Shown: in pieces, positions 25,435 through 37,766 of the stretch | Position numbering within the stretch: position 1 is the first letter of the stretch | How the letters are laid out: each line of letters starts with the position of its first letter | From: Camelus ferus | Taxonomy: Eukaryota | Direction: 5' to 3' | Assembly: GCF_009834535.1 (NCBI RefSeq) | Contig: NC_045696.1 | Coordinates: 84,012,001-84,076,000 of the forward strand | Length of the DNA: 64,000 nt | Position numbers and translations under genes: made by a program | Notes under the pieces: model-generated | Database searches by the model: none | The model's input: the letters and a program-made list of their open reading frames with translations, nothing else | Told to the model about the DNA's origin: nothing

Positions 25435-26369
25435 TACTTCCTTACTTCTCCAGGAGTGCCCAATATGTCATTCTCTTTCCCTCTTTTTAACGACAGTCTG
25501 TAACATTCCCCATTACTTGGCTACCTGAGTGTGCTTGGCTTTTATGACCAAAATAGCCTGACCTGCATTGCCAAACAGTAGTGTTTGGGTAGCTCTATTA
25601 GTGGAATATTGATATTTAGGTAGTCATATTTATTTTCCTAATGCCAAAATACTCTGTTATTCTCTTAATTTCTCCATTTCCCCAATATATGTCCCCCCCC
25701 CTTTTTTTTTCTTGCTGGTAGGTTACCACTGAAATAAAGGAGGGGGAGAAAAAGGAGCTAGGCAGTGTAATTACCTACTGTTCTTTCTGCTGGTCTGGAC
25801 AGTCATCAGCCACAGAATTCTCCTGGCTCATTAGAATTTCCTTATAATTTAGAAACGAATGGCCCCTCAGTTCTACTCATCATTAGCTAATAAGAGACAG
25901 ACTGAGTTTTAAAATGTGTTTGTTTTTCCCTTTTCTTTCATACCTAAGAGAAAACACATTTGCAACAGGTACCTCCTGGGTAACAGGAAAAAATCACAGA
26001 GGAATCACAATCTTTACCTGTTCCTTTGCCTACTGTGTGTTCAAGATACCAAAAAAGCAGAGAAATACAGGAAAACGATTTCAGGCACCACTTTTCTATG
26101 AGTAGTGGTCAGAATCCATTAGGATCCGCCTGACCCCTCATCTTGATCTCCTTCCTTCTCTCCTCCCCAAACACAAAACGCCCAAGAAAACTGTCCAGCA
26201 ATTAGAGTCACTTCTTGACTGGACACCCTAGTTAGCTGGTTCTCAGAAACCTAGGTCCGACAAGTCTCAGACTGCAAGGTGCCCCTTGTCCTTCTGTGAT
26301 TATAAGTAATCTGTGGGGAAGATACTTAGAAATTGTGTAAATATTTTATTTTTAAAGAAACTTGCAATT

Positions 26370-27370
26370 GATGCTCTTTTCCTGAATCAGTATTAGTAAA
26401 AGCTGGTTGTAAAATAGTAGTTTTCTAACTCTATCAAGACTTATTTCTTTTGATTCCCTCCCTGTCGCCTTCCTTCCCTCCATCCTTCCTTCTTTCTGTT
26501 TCCTTCCTTCCTCTTCCTTGTTTCCTTCTTTTCACTTTCCTCCTTTATATATTTTTGTATCAGTATAGAGTCATGGATCCTCCTTAAAAGCTCTCTGTTA
26601 CCTATTCCTGTCATTATTCATTCTGATGTTCAGATTGACCCCAGTTTGGCCACTGTGAGTTCCTTTGTGCTTTCTCCCCCCTTTTTTTTTTTTTTCATGT
26701 ATCTATTATTTTTAAAGCTTTTCTTTCTTTCTTTCTAACAAAGCAAGATATCCAAGGTTTGTCTTGTATTACTCCTACCCTGCCTCCCCTGGCTCAGGAA
26801 TCATCCATCTCTCCAAGGAGAATGGTATTTAGAAATGAAGACCTGGGCTGCAAGTGCTGATTGCATTTGCAGTGTCCCAGCAGTCAGAGCTAGGAAATCT
26901 GTGTGTACGTGCACATGCGTGCACACACGCACTTGGTTTACACTAATACTTTATAATTCCAATGCAACAGCATAGGGTTCTTCCTTGCCTCTCCCCGTTC
27001 CATATTTGTATCTCCCTTCTGCTATAACAAAAACTCTGATCCCTAACAAAATCAACGTTCATTTATTTGTGCAACCCTACAAAAACACACAAAATGACTG
27101 AAATCCATGCCACTGCAATCAAGAAAACTCTTTGATTAGAGTTCAAGATTCTTTGTAGTTCTTTTTGTCGCTAAACTGGAGTTATGTAGTCAAGGTCCTA
27201 TGTCCAAACATTCCTTGGACTTGTTTTGTTTTTTCTTTCCTTGGGGTTATGTTATGCATTTGGCTAGGTTTGCTTGTTTCTGTTTGTGTTCAGTTTTAGT
27301 TTTTTCCCCATCCTATTTGATTATGTTTATTTTTTAATATTTAAAATATTAAAATGGTTTTAAAGTCTAA
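26370..27370 (-). mobile_element. Old L1 (L1MC4/L1ME-like) 3' region, with a CT-rich tract at ~26450-26545
   Basis: tgatgttcagattgaccccagtttggcca...ggaatcatccatctctccaaggag...aatggtatttagaa. Confidence 0.7.
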
Positions 27371-27546
27371 ATCATATAATAAGAGATTTCAGAATTGTGC
27401 TGATTCTTATTCTGGATTTTTTTGTCTTTCACACTTAGCAAATACTCTTGTATTTCTGATGCTTTTCTGGCGTAAATAAAAGCCTTCATTCACTGTCAGC
27501 TCTGTTACCTCAGGTGCTTCCTAGCTGGTCCTGCCTCCTTTTGATA

Positions 27547-27720
27547 CAATAGTTCTGAATCTTAGTTGTACAATAGAATCATCTGAGGAAACTGAAAAAT
27601 TACTAGTGCCTGGATTTCACCTCCAGGGATTTTAAATAATTGTCCTGAAGTGGGACTGGGTATTAGATTTTTAAAAGCTGCCTACATCACTTAAAAACTG
27701 CGTAGGTGAGAACCACTGGG
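27547..27720. mobile_element. MER5-family hAT MITE
   Basis: caatagttctgaatctt...tagaatcatctgagga...gagaaccactg. Confidence 0.7.
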
Positions 27721-27724
27721 CATC

Positions 27725-28290
27725 AATTATCTTCCATAAATTATGCACATCTCCTCTTGTTACATCCTCTGCTTAAAATTTTCTGTGGCTCCAGTGCCCT
27801 CGGCATGAACACCTCAACACAGCTGTCATGATCTAGACCAGCTAACTTCTCCGCCAGACTCCTGCCCCTTCTCCTGGCCCTCCTTCCAGTTGCTTTATGA
27901 GCCATCCAGACTAAATCACTTTTAGCCTCAGGAATCCACCATGAACTCAGTCATCTCCAGACCTCTGCACGTACTGCTTCTTCTATTTAAACCCTCTACA
28001 TCCTGTTATTCCTCTGGCTGATACCTACTCATCATTTGGGTCCATAATAACCGTTTTATTACGTCCATAATAACTTTTTTCAGTCACATCTTCCTTGCCT
28101 GATCATTCCAACTCCAGATTAGAAGCCCCTGTGTGTTCTTCCTTGAATCCACCTCGTACCCAACTAGATTGTAAGCTTCATGAGCGTAGGGGCCAGTCTG
28201 TCTTTGTCACTTTATATGACCAGAGCTTAACACTATGTGTGGCCCATACTATCAACCAGGGTATGGGGAAATGAATGACTGGGTGAATAA
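27725..28290 (+). mobile_element. L2 3' region
   Basis: cctctgcttaaaa...ctagattgtaagcttcatgag...aaatgaatga. Confidence 0.75.
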
Positions 28291-28609
28291 CCAAGTCCAT
28301 TTACACTGTATTCTTTTGAGAGAATCCATTTGTGAGAATCAAGTGCTGAAATCCCCACTGCTAACTAATCCAGTGAGAGAAGCAGGTAGTGTTGGGCTCA
28401 GCGTGTGGCAGGTGGGCAGACGCTTGACTGACAGATCCATTAGTTGGTCCATATGATAATTTAATTTGTCATCAAAGAAGTATTGAAGATGTGGAAGGGC
28501 GTTTCCTGAGTACTGTGGGCATGAATGCAGTAATATTACCTGGGACGTAGACTGTTTTCTTTTTCTGCGGAGCTCACAGCCTTCTTATGCTTGCCCCTCC
28601 CCTCTTCTT

Positions 28610-28740
28610 AAAATTAAATGCTGGAAGGGAATTTAAAGATCGTGTGATTTAATCTTTTAATTTTACCAATGAAAATTCTGAAACCAGAGAGGCTGAGTAA
28701 CTTCCCCAAGGTCACGTAGCTGGTTATTGTCCTAGATTTG
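28610..28740 (-). mobile_element. MIR/MIR3 fragment
   Basis: gctggaagggaatttaaagatc...ccagagaggctgagtaacttccccaaggtcac. Confidence 0.65.
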
Positions 28741-29827
28741 TATCATTTTCTCCTTAGTTGAAAATCTGACTCACTTCCCTAATTTAGCCTCCTACTTGGT
28801 AAGTGTGTGTTCCCGACCATTACCAAGGCTATATTTTCCCAATAGGTGGGTGAGCGTTTCTTGCGCTGCCTGGCCCCCTGCTCACACACACACATCTGCA
28901 GAGAACACGAACACGTTAACCAGCACTCCTATCATCTGCTCTGAACGTGCCTTACTCCCCATCTCATTCCAGAGTGCATTTTTAAAGCTTGCCTTTAAAG
29001 GACCTCATGTTTTTTTCAAACATTGTCAAGAATTAATCTTGAAAATTACGAAACCAAAATATGCTGAGTAAATTAAGATCCATTTTCTCTGACAGCATTT
29101 GGTCCAGGCAATGATTGCAAAAGCTCCATATGCATTTTGTAAGATGCCTTCTCTATGCACGCACTTGCAACAATTTGATTTAGGAGTGTGATTCTGATAT
29201 TAATTTGACAATTGCTGCTCCTGCCGGGGACAAAGAGAGGCCCGTGGTCTCCAAGGCTTTTCGTCAGAGCTCGGAGCCCAGGAGCCCTCTGTTCAGTGAG
29301 AAGTACTTGCTGTGGCTGTGTCCTCTCTCGGGACCACAGCTTTCCATCTTTTAAATTGCAGTTTGTTTCAGAACTTTGATTTTCACAAGTTTTGAATTCC
29401 TTTTTATTGCCTTTTTCTTATTCCTTTGCTTTCCTGGACAGAATTTCTTAGAGTAAACAAAGGTGAGATGGCCTCATTTTTCATAGGAGCGAGGACTTTT
29501 CTGATTTTTCTTGTGTATACGGTAAGTAATGGACTGGCCCAAGGGGAAAAAAGAAGAATGAAACATAAAAAAATATATATTTGATGCCAACCCATTCCTC
29601 TTTCTGTGATCTCCTTTTCGTTTATTAAAACATTAAGTCAATACATACTTATTTGGTGCTCACTATGTGACAAGTACTGTGCTAAGTGCTTAGTACTATA
29701 ATAGGTATATTATTGGATTACAATGATTGCACTTATATTTTTATTACTTCAATAATAACATTAAACATATTAATAACATACATTTCTATACCTAAACTAT
29801 CTTTCTTGTATTACCATATAACCAACA

Positions 29828-30200
29828 GTATCAATTTCCTAGGGCCACCATAACGAAGTGCTAAGACTGAGTGGCTTAATTAAACAACAGGAATTATTAT
29901 CTCACAGTTCTGGAGGCTGGAAATCAGAAATCAAGGTGATGGCAGGCATGCTCCCTCTGCAGGCACCAAGGAAAGATCTCACACCAAGCTTCTGTGTGTG
30001 TATGTGTGTGTACAAATCTCTTCTTTGTATAAGGACATCAGTCATATTGAATTAGGGGCCCACCCTACTCCAGTATGACCATCTCTTAATTTAACTAATT
30101 ACCTCTGCAATGGCCCTATTTCAAATAAGGTCACATTCTGAGGAATCAGGGCTTAGGACTTCAACATAGGAATTTGGGGATACATAACACAAGCCATAAC
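29828..30200 (-). mobile_element. MLT1B/C MaLR LTR
   Basis: ctcacagttctggaggctggaa...aaataaggtcacattctgagg...ttaggacttcaacatag. Confidence 0.88.
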
Positions 30201-30459
30201 GCAAACTCAAATGCTACCTCTGCCAAAGCCACCTTTGCTCCATTCACCATGCCCACTCACGTGTAGTTAAGCAATCTCTTTCTCAACTAAATCCACATGG
30301 TACTTAATCTATAACTTTTTTTAACCTATATGATTCATTTTTTAGATTTTTTTTGTCCCTCACTGTCAAGATTCATGACTAATAACCATTGATATCATGA
30401 GGGTGATGCCCGAAACATGTTAAGTCACATAAAAATAGCATAAAAGAAAGGAATGAACC

Positions 30460-30690
30460 AATTAACAAATATTTACATAGCTCTTTTGGATTGGCAAATG
30501 TTTTCATGCACATGATCTCCTTTAAGCCTTAGGGAAAGTATTTGAAGTGGGCGTGTAGGAATTAGTATTTCCACTTATGACTGTGGAAACTGAAGCCCAA
30601 AGAAGGTAAATGTCCAGTGTTTCATGGACAAGTGGGGGAGACTATGTTAAAATCCAGGTCTCCTGACTCTGTCCTTAGATCTCTTGTCCC
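30460..30690 (-). mobile_element. MIR SINE
   Basis: ggaaactgaagcccaaagaaggtaaa...aatccaggtctcctgactct. Confidence 0.6.
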
Positions 30691-31499
30691 ATTGTATTTT
30701 ACGTCTTCTCGAGATATTTCTGTCTCCAAATGACACCTCTGCCACCCCAGTTAGTGATCAGGGCTCCCCCAAAGCACTGGGGCTGCCCTCAGCCCTCCCT
30801 TGCTTGTGAGGCAACTTGTCTAGAAGCTCCCAGTCCTGTATTCTTACTGTCTCCTCTCCTCTCCCTGTCTTTCCCTGCCTATATGCATATCTATACATGA
30901 ATGTTTATGTAGACGTATCTTCTGTTGAGGCTAAACCACCCAGAGAAATCCACTTCCCTTCTAAAACAGAGTTTTCAATGCTTTATAAATAAAACATCTG
31001 ACTCTGGGGATTTGGGCACTTGACCAATCAGAGGGTCATGTTATGACAGATAGTGGTTATACTAGTTTGGTTACGGGAAAGAGCTATTCCCGGTGTTATA
31101 AAAAATAGATTCAGTGCTAAACAGAGCAGATCCATTAGAGGACACTTCTGTAGTTGCCGTTAGCTCTAACTAATCCTAAGGCAGAAAACTTTTTTTTCAA
31201 AGTGTTAAATATAACACACACACACTCACACCTCATAGGCATTGTATTTAACAACAAACCTTGAAAATACTGATATAGCGTTGATCTCTCTGGGCATGGA
31301 TTTAGACGTTAAGAACTTCCTAGGAGCGATGAGCGATGAAAATGATTATAGATTCTCAGCTTCAATATGAAATGTCATGATGTAGACAATTTTGCTTCAT
31401 TCCGTTTTACAATTACAATATTCCAGTCTCTCTGTAAACTCCTACCCGCTCTCCCTGAGTTTATGAGGGATTTCCCTTCCTCTACCTGTGTACTATTAT

Positions 31500-31715
31500 T
31501 ACTGCTAATTTATGTGCATAATGTTTTTACAATTTACGGACAACTTTCACCGTATTACCTCATTTTAACCTCAAAACCATTCTATGAGGTAAACAATATG
31601 ACTCTTCATTTTGAGAAACGATTCAACTTGCCCAAGATAATAGGGTGGAAAGTAAAAGAATTAAGACTTCAACCTGGTTTTCTGACTCCAAATTCTAAGC
31701 TCCTTTGTCTTTATT
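31500..31715 (-). mobile_element. MIR SINE
   Basis: cctcattttaacctcaaaacc...aacttgcccaag...tctgactccaaa. Confidence 0.6.
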
Positions 31716-31789
31716 ACCTAGTATAAGCTTTCTCATTTTCTCACTTTTCAACATCTCAGCACCCAAACTGGATTAGAATTTACGATGGT

Positions 31790-32073
31790 GTTTAGCAGAT
31801 TACTCGGTAGGAGGTTTTACACTGTGGTGTACATCAGAGGATCTAAATTTTGAATTCCAGTTTTGCTGGGTGATCTTAGACAAGTTACTTAATCTATGTA
31901 AGCCTCAGTTTCTTTACATATAAAATGGTGACTATAATGGTGCCCACATCATAGGATTTCAAAAGAGAATTAAATGAAACAGTAAGTGTCAAGTCTTAGC
32001 AGAGAACATAGCATGGTATTATTATACAATTTACAAGTTGTGTGAAGTTGGGCAAGATACTTAATCTTGTTTA
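31790..32073 (+). mobile_element. MIR SINE pieces; the second is interrupted by the LTR and resumes at ~32590-32715
   Basis: caagttacttaatctatgtaagcctcagtttctttacatataaaatgg; tgtgaagttgggcaagatacttaatc. Confidence 0.7.
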
Positions 32074-32077
32074 GTAC

Positions 32078-32574
32078 TGTGAACGAAAAATACTGCAAAC
32101 CACATCAGTAAACAAAGAATGCTGAAGCCATCAAGTCATCAGCCTCTGCAGCCACCCCCCAGTGAAGACAGGCCTGCAGCCCAGCCTCTGCAGCCACTCA
32201 CAGTGGTGCACCCTGAGGGGACTCAGAATAAGAAAGGACCGGATACTGGCCCTAGATGGCTAGGTGCTTGTCAAAGGAATGAATTCAATGAGCCCAAATG
32301 TTTGCTTCCTCCCACACAGAGAAAAGCACTAAATTCTTTAACTTGAGATGCCTGGTTTTCTTTAGATAACAAGCAATCGTTTATTGTTCCAACTACTTGG
32401 TCTTTGTCGTAAATCTCCTATATATCCTAGCTCCTCCCCTACCTCTTCGGAGCAGTCCCTCAGAGCCAACTGAGAGGCTGTCATCCGGGCTCGAAGGGGT
32501 TCGAGTCCTTAGAAATGTCCGCCAAATAAAACATAACTCTCAACTTTCAGGCTGTGCATTTATTTCAGTCGACA
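32078..32574 (+). mobile_element. ERV1-class solo LTR (497 bp)
   Basis: TG...CA termini, 4-bp TSD GTAC (32074-32077 and 32575-32578), TATA-like tatata 32419, AATAAA 32525. Confidence 0.85.
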
Positions 32575-33959
32575 GTACCAACATTCAATTTAAAAAAAGG
32601 GGGAAATTATTAAGTATCTTGTGGGGATATCCTGAGACTTAATAAAACTACACTTGTGAAAGTGCCTAGACAGTGTTTGGCATATAATAGGGACTCAGTA
32701 ATTGTTAGTTTACCACCTACCTGCTTTCTTTCTTCAAGGAGGAAATCAATAGATGTTTACCGGAATTTCAGCGACTCCTTTCGTGCAATGATTTTATGAC
32801 TACTTTTTAGTGGTTCTATACATGAATGCAAGTGTTCAATATCAAGGTGACTTTGACAAACTGTTCTCAAGCTCCGAGTGGAATAAAATGCAGTGTTCTC
32901 TCAGAGAGGCAACAGAAAGGAATTTGGTAACTTAGTTCAGAGTAATTGCCCTAGAAAGTGGCTCCCTAGTGAAAACCCCGCTGACAAACAACAAGCCCAG
33001 GCGTGACTTTGAACATGGACATTGGTTTTCAAAGACAAGGCTTTGTTAAAGCAAAGAGGGGCTCAAAAGGTGATTAACTGTTGAGAAGACTTACCAGAAT
33101 TTGCATTAAAAGTTTGAACTTGAGAATATTTTTAAGCACTGATTCTCAATATTCAGTTCAATAGATCCTATGTGCCTACTGATAAAATCACAATTGCTTT
33201 TTTCAAATGGATAGGAATGCTAGAGTCAATTATTAGGATTTTCCCAATTTTACCTTCCACTTCCATATATTTTAAAATTTGGCTACAACTGCTTGCTTAG
33301 ACTAGAACTTGACATATGATGACGTACAATTGCAAAATGGTGTATTTAGCTATTTCATGATACCATTATTTTATGAATTCTCACTGTTCAAGTACTTGAA
33401 CAGTCTGAGAAATGCTGTTATGAAAACAGTTGTCTTACTTTGGAAATTGTTCAGCAAATCAGAAAGGGCAAACATTATGTTGCCTAAGAGTTAACAAAGC
33501 ACCTGACCTGCTTTCTCAAAAGATGGGGCTAATTTAAAACCAACACTTACTGTTATGTGTGTCTCCGAGCAATGGTGGACACAGAGCTGTGTCTCTTTAA
33601 TTTTTGCTTTTCTGGTGCCTGAAGCAGTGCTTGGGACAGGGTAGGGCCTCAACACATATACATAGAAGTTGCATGTGTAAAACTAAATGCTTTGTTTCAG
33701 CGTTGCTTGACGTTTCTTCTAAGAGGCTTGAAGACACAATCCCAAGTTTTGTTTCCCTCATTCATTTGTGTGTGTGTGTGTGTGCGTGTGGAATTCTGAC
33801 TCTGTTTCAGACTCAACGCCACCATTTCCAGAACTCTGCCCTGAAAACTCAAAGCCATAGTAGAATTTCACTTTCAGCCCATCCGGGTTTACAAATGAGC
33901 ACATGTGCACTGCCGTGTAGCTTGTACGAAGCTCCATTTTGGGCGACGTAAAGCTGTAG

Positions 33960-34135
33960 GACGTCAGCGAGGTACCGTCCTTGTTCTTAGGGAGTTAATG
34001 TAGTGGGAGAGAGAGGTACACAGGGACGGAACTATATTGCAAGGCAGAAAGAAAAAGTGCTGCGGTTAAAGTATAAACAAGATGCTGTGGTTGCAGAGTG
34101 GAAGAGGTAATTAATTTGAACTAGGAGGATCCGGA
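33960..34135 (-). mobile_element. L2 fragment
   Basis: gtccttgttcttagggagttaatgtagtgggaga...gatgctgtgg. Confidence 0.5.
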
Positions 34136-35639
34136 ACAAGGAAGGAAAGAAACCAATACTTACTGAGGGTTTAAAAGGTGCCAAAGGCAGGGCTGGTGCT
34201 TCCTCTTAGGCTCTGGGAGGAGGTGGTGTATAAACCGAGCTGGAGGCTGCAAGGGGGTTGGTGTCTGGCCTCTGGGACCCTGTTGGGAAGATGTGTATTC
34301 AAGAAGCAAGGAGACCATGAGAAGACACCCTTCCACTGGGCCCAGGGAACGGGGGCTGGGACAAGAAGCAGCCTCAAACTTGAGATAGTTTGGTGGCAAA
34401 TGCAGGTTAGTGGTGGTGGTGGTGGGGAGCTGGCTTTAGTCAAAGTGAGGAAGTGGAAGGAGAATTCTAGGTAAAGTCAAGGCTGTTAGTAAGAATAGGC
34501 CTCAGTGTAAGGGGAGGGCAAACAAAGGGAAGGGAAATTTAGAGGAAGGGTGAGGTCTGCATTTGTGCTGGTGGGAGGAAGAGAGCAGGGCTTTGGGGTT
34601 GGACTGGGAGTTGTGATAAGGACCCATGGTGATGTCTGTTCAGGAGGAAAAAGTCTCAGTTCCAAGGTTCCAGAAAAGGGAAAAGCCAGAGGACATTACT
34701 GGCTTCTGTTGTCCCCTCGGGCACCTGGCACTCCACTGTGCTGGCAACGGTCTGCTGTTCCCTACAGGATGGGGAGCAAGGGTGGGTCAGTCAGCTTTCT
34801 CTCCAGACTCAACCTTCTACTTTTTGAAAGCACAGACCGTCTTCATCGCTGCGCCGTTCCCCACAGAGCCTGGTATGGGACTGGGCACGTGGCAGATTTT
34901 CCCAACATCATCATTAATTCCTGGCAAGCAAGAAGGTACATTTCAGTACAGGCAAGAGGCTAGATACAGACTTTACAGAAAAAGCGGTGGAAGTTTTACC
35001 TGAAAATTAACCACATGGTTACAAAGAAAGTTACAGGCATTGAAGACTTTATGATCAAGAATGATTTTGAATGTCATGATTTTACAGAAAGAAAGCAGTG
35101 TCAATTGATTAACTTCTTCAGTAATTTGTTAGCTACTCATTACCCTCTCCTGGTTTGACTAATGAGAACATTTAGAGCTGCCTCTTTATGAAAGTTAAGT
35201 AGGCCAGGCGGTTCGACTGTCTTAGAATAATTAGAGAATTTTGCATTGTCAGCCAGTGGGACACCTACCTCTCCTGGTGCAGCTCCACAGAATGTTCTTT
35301 CTGTTTCCTCTTCCTTCCCTCATTAGTGTCGGTTGTGGAATTAAGCCCAGCTCTCCCGAGTATCACTATAAAACATTTATGGGACTGCTCCAGCTGACCG
35401 AAACTATTATTAATTCACTAATTAGGATGGTAAGGGGACAAATTTTGTTCCTGTGTGAGATAATTCAGGGGAATTTATCATATTAGGGCTTAAAGAAGTT
35501 TTTCTAATTTACATGCAGAGCTAAACCAGGAAAACCAAGTTTGTGGTAAACATGCCCCCATCGGCCCTCCTGTGCCTGTGATAATTCATCTGTAATTTAC
35601 AATGCCACTCGTTTCCTCTGTGTCTACACGCAGCTTCAG

Positions 35640-35840
35640 CTTTCCTCCCCACACAGCACCGTAAACAGCAAGACGTTGGAACTGGCATGCAAGATGCACC
35701 AAACAGGTAGTTGCTCCAACAAGACTGTAAACCCCCTGGGGGTAGACCCGAGGTCCAATTTGGGACTCAAGGTACAGGAGGTTCTGAGTAAATGGCTTTT
35801 GGAATGAATCATGGAGAGATGGATGAACTAATGGGTGCAG
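35640..35840 (+). mobile_element. L2 3' end fragment
   Basis: caagactgtaaaccccctggggg...aaatggcttttggaatgaat...gatggatgaa. Confidence 0.5.
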
Positions 35841-36049
35841 GAATGATATTCCATTTTTTTCAAAACTGGCACAGGAAAGCCTGAGGGGCTCTTCCATCTC
35901 TGTGTTGTAGGGGATGTACTTTGTGTCACCATGTGCCTGTGAACACCAGCTCACAGAACGGTATTGCCGGGGGAGCACTGAGAGAATATCCAGTGACAAA
36001 CGTTCAGTTTTGCAGAGACGAGAATAAGGTACAGAGAAGGCATCCATCT

Positions 36050-36260
36050 ACCGGGCAGACTCCGAAGCTGGGAGCCACTCCGCTTTTTTCCACACCTTAC
36101 TGACTGCACTGCCTTTGGCGTTTCTGTCACCTCTACATCTGTGTGGGGAGAGGGAGCTTGTCTGCCTTGCAGGGTTACTGTGAAGCTTTAACAAGATAAG
36201 GAATGCAAAGTGTTTAGTGTAGTGCCCGGCACAGGGTAAATCCTAAAACAACACGTTAAT
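36050..36260 (+). mobile_element. MIR SINE
   Basis: cagggttactgtgaag...aaagtgtttagtgtagtgcccggcacagggtaa. Confidence 0.65.
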
Positions 36261-36449
36261 GGCTCCTTTCCCTCTCCTTTCCATTAATATTAGCTGATGG
36301 TCCTGTAAGTAGTTTTATCGTAAGATTTATTATATTATGTGATGCTCTGCTTTCCCCCCACATTTTCAGTGAATTGAACACGTTGGTTAACCGTCTCCAT
36401 TTTATATGCATAGAAACAAATGCAAAGAGAATGTCAGAAATGGATTCTT

Positions 36450-36611
36450 TCTTTTGAAGGTGTAAAATCATTTATTTTTTATTTTTTGTATATGTATTTT
36501 TTATTGAAGATAGTCAGTTTGCAATGTGTCAATTTCTGGTGTAGAGCATAATGCTTCAGTCATACATGTACATACATATATTCATTTTCATATTCTTTTT
36601 CACCATAAGTT
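36450..36611 (-). mobile_element. Severely 5'-truncated L1 (3' end only) with TSD
   Basis: ttttttattgaagatagtcagttt...atttctggtgtagagcataatg...; TSD ag(a/g)aatggattctt at 36436-36449 and 36612-36625. Confidence 0.8.
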
Positions 36612-36899
36612 AGGAATGGATTCTTATTAAATAAGAATAAAACTTTTTTATAATACGGAAAACATGAAATTCCTAAATTTATCGCTCTCTTTGACTAATC
36701 ATCTTGCTTCATAATACATAACACGCTTCATAGAAAATATATTTATAAAAGTTATCTTTAAACAATACAGTGACGAAGTTTAAAAAAAAATGAGTTAGTG
36801 GGCTGAACAGTCCTTTTTAAAAGACTCACCATTTACATTATATATTCAAACCCTGAGGTCAGTCATTAGCTGGGAGGTCAAGGGGAGGAGGAAAAGGAA

Positions 36900-37101
36900 A
36901 AGTTTCCGTTGGCTTTTTGTTGGTTGCCGGGAGGCACACAGAGGCAGCGGGCTGAGGGAACAAACAAGCCCGCGCTGCAGGGAAGGTGGCCTTCGCTGGC
37001 CAGCACTTCACTGGGATGGAAACCTAGCAGCTCTGTCACCTAACTCAGGCCTCCAGACAAGAAAGTGGAGTTTAAAACCACAACATGTGAATAGAAGCAA
37101 G
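36900..37101 (+). promoter_or_regulatory. WDR49: Putative WDR49 promoter and non-coding first exon
   Basis: Locally GC-richer; X-box-like GTTGCCGGGAGGC 36923, MYB-like CCGTTG 36906, AACAAACA 36959; donor aag|gttagt at 37101/37102 and acceptor tttcgtttcaaag|g at 37436/37437 upstream of the ATG. Confidence 0.5.
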
Positions 37102-37490
37102 GTTAGTCAAAGAGGTTTTGAGAAACTGCTTTCCTAATGTATTTAAAATGAGTATTAGACATTGCGCTCTGTGTCAGTTGCTATAAACACAGGGGAAACT
37201 TTCACACGTTTTTTAAATCGAGCCAGGTTAAACAGCGTATGAGGAAGGGGTGTTTTAAAACAATTTGACTGTGGATTTTGAAAATAAACTGTGGAATTAA
37301 GAAAGTGTGGGTGTTGAGAGCTTTCATTCCCTACGTTTGGGGGAGAGGGGAGGCTTGAACATTTGACCTCTTAATTGAGTGCCTTGAAATGTACTTTTAT
37401 TTTGGAATTCTATTGCTAAGTTGTTTCGTTTCAAAGGCACTTGTTGAGGAAAAGAAAAAAAAAAAAAAAGAAACTTGTAGAGAGAGTTGA

Positions 37491-37766
<276 letters not shown>

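Noticed and set aside
34160..35003. Cluster of overlapping 79-137 aa ORFs as an unannotated gene
   Set aside because: GC-richer, partly L2-derived sequence has fewer stops; no recognisable product or coherent splice structure
35586..36047. 153-aa minus-strand ORF
   Set aside because: Overlaps an L2 relic; no homology or exon structure recognised
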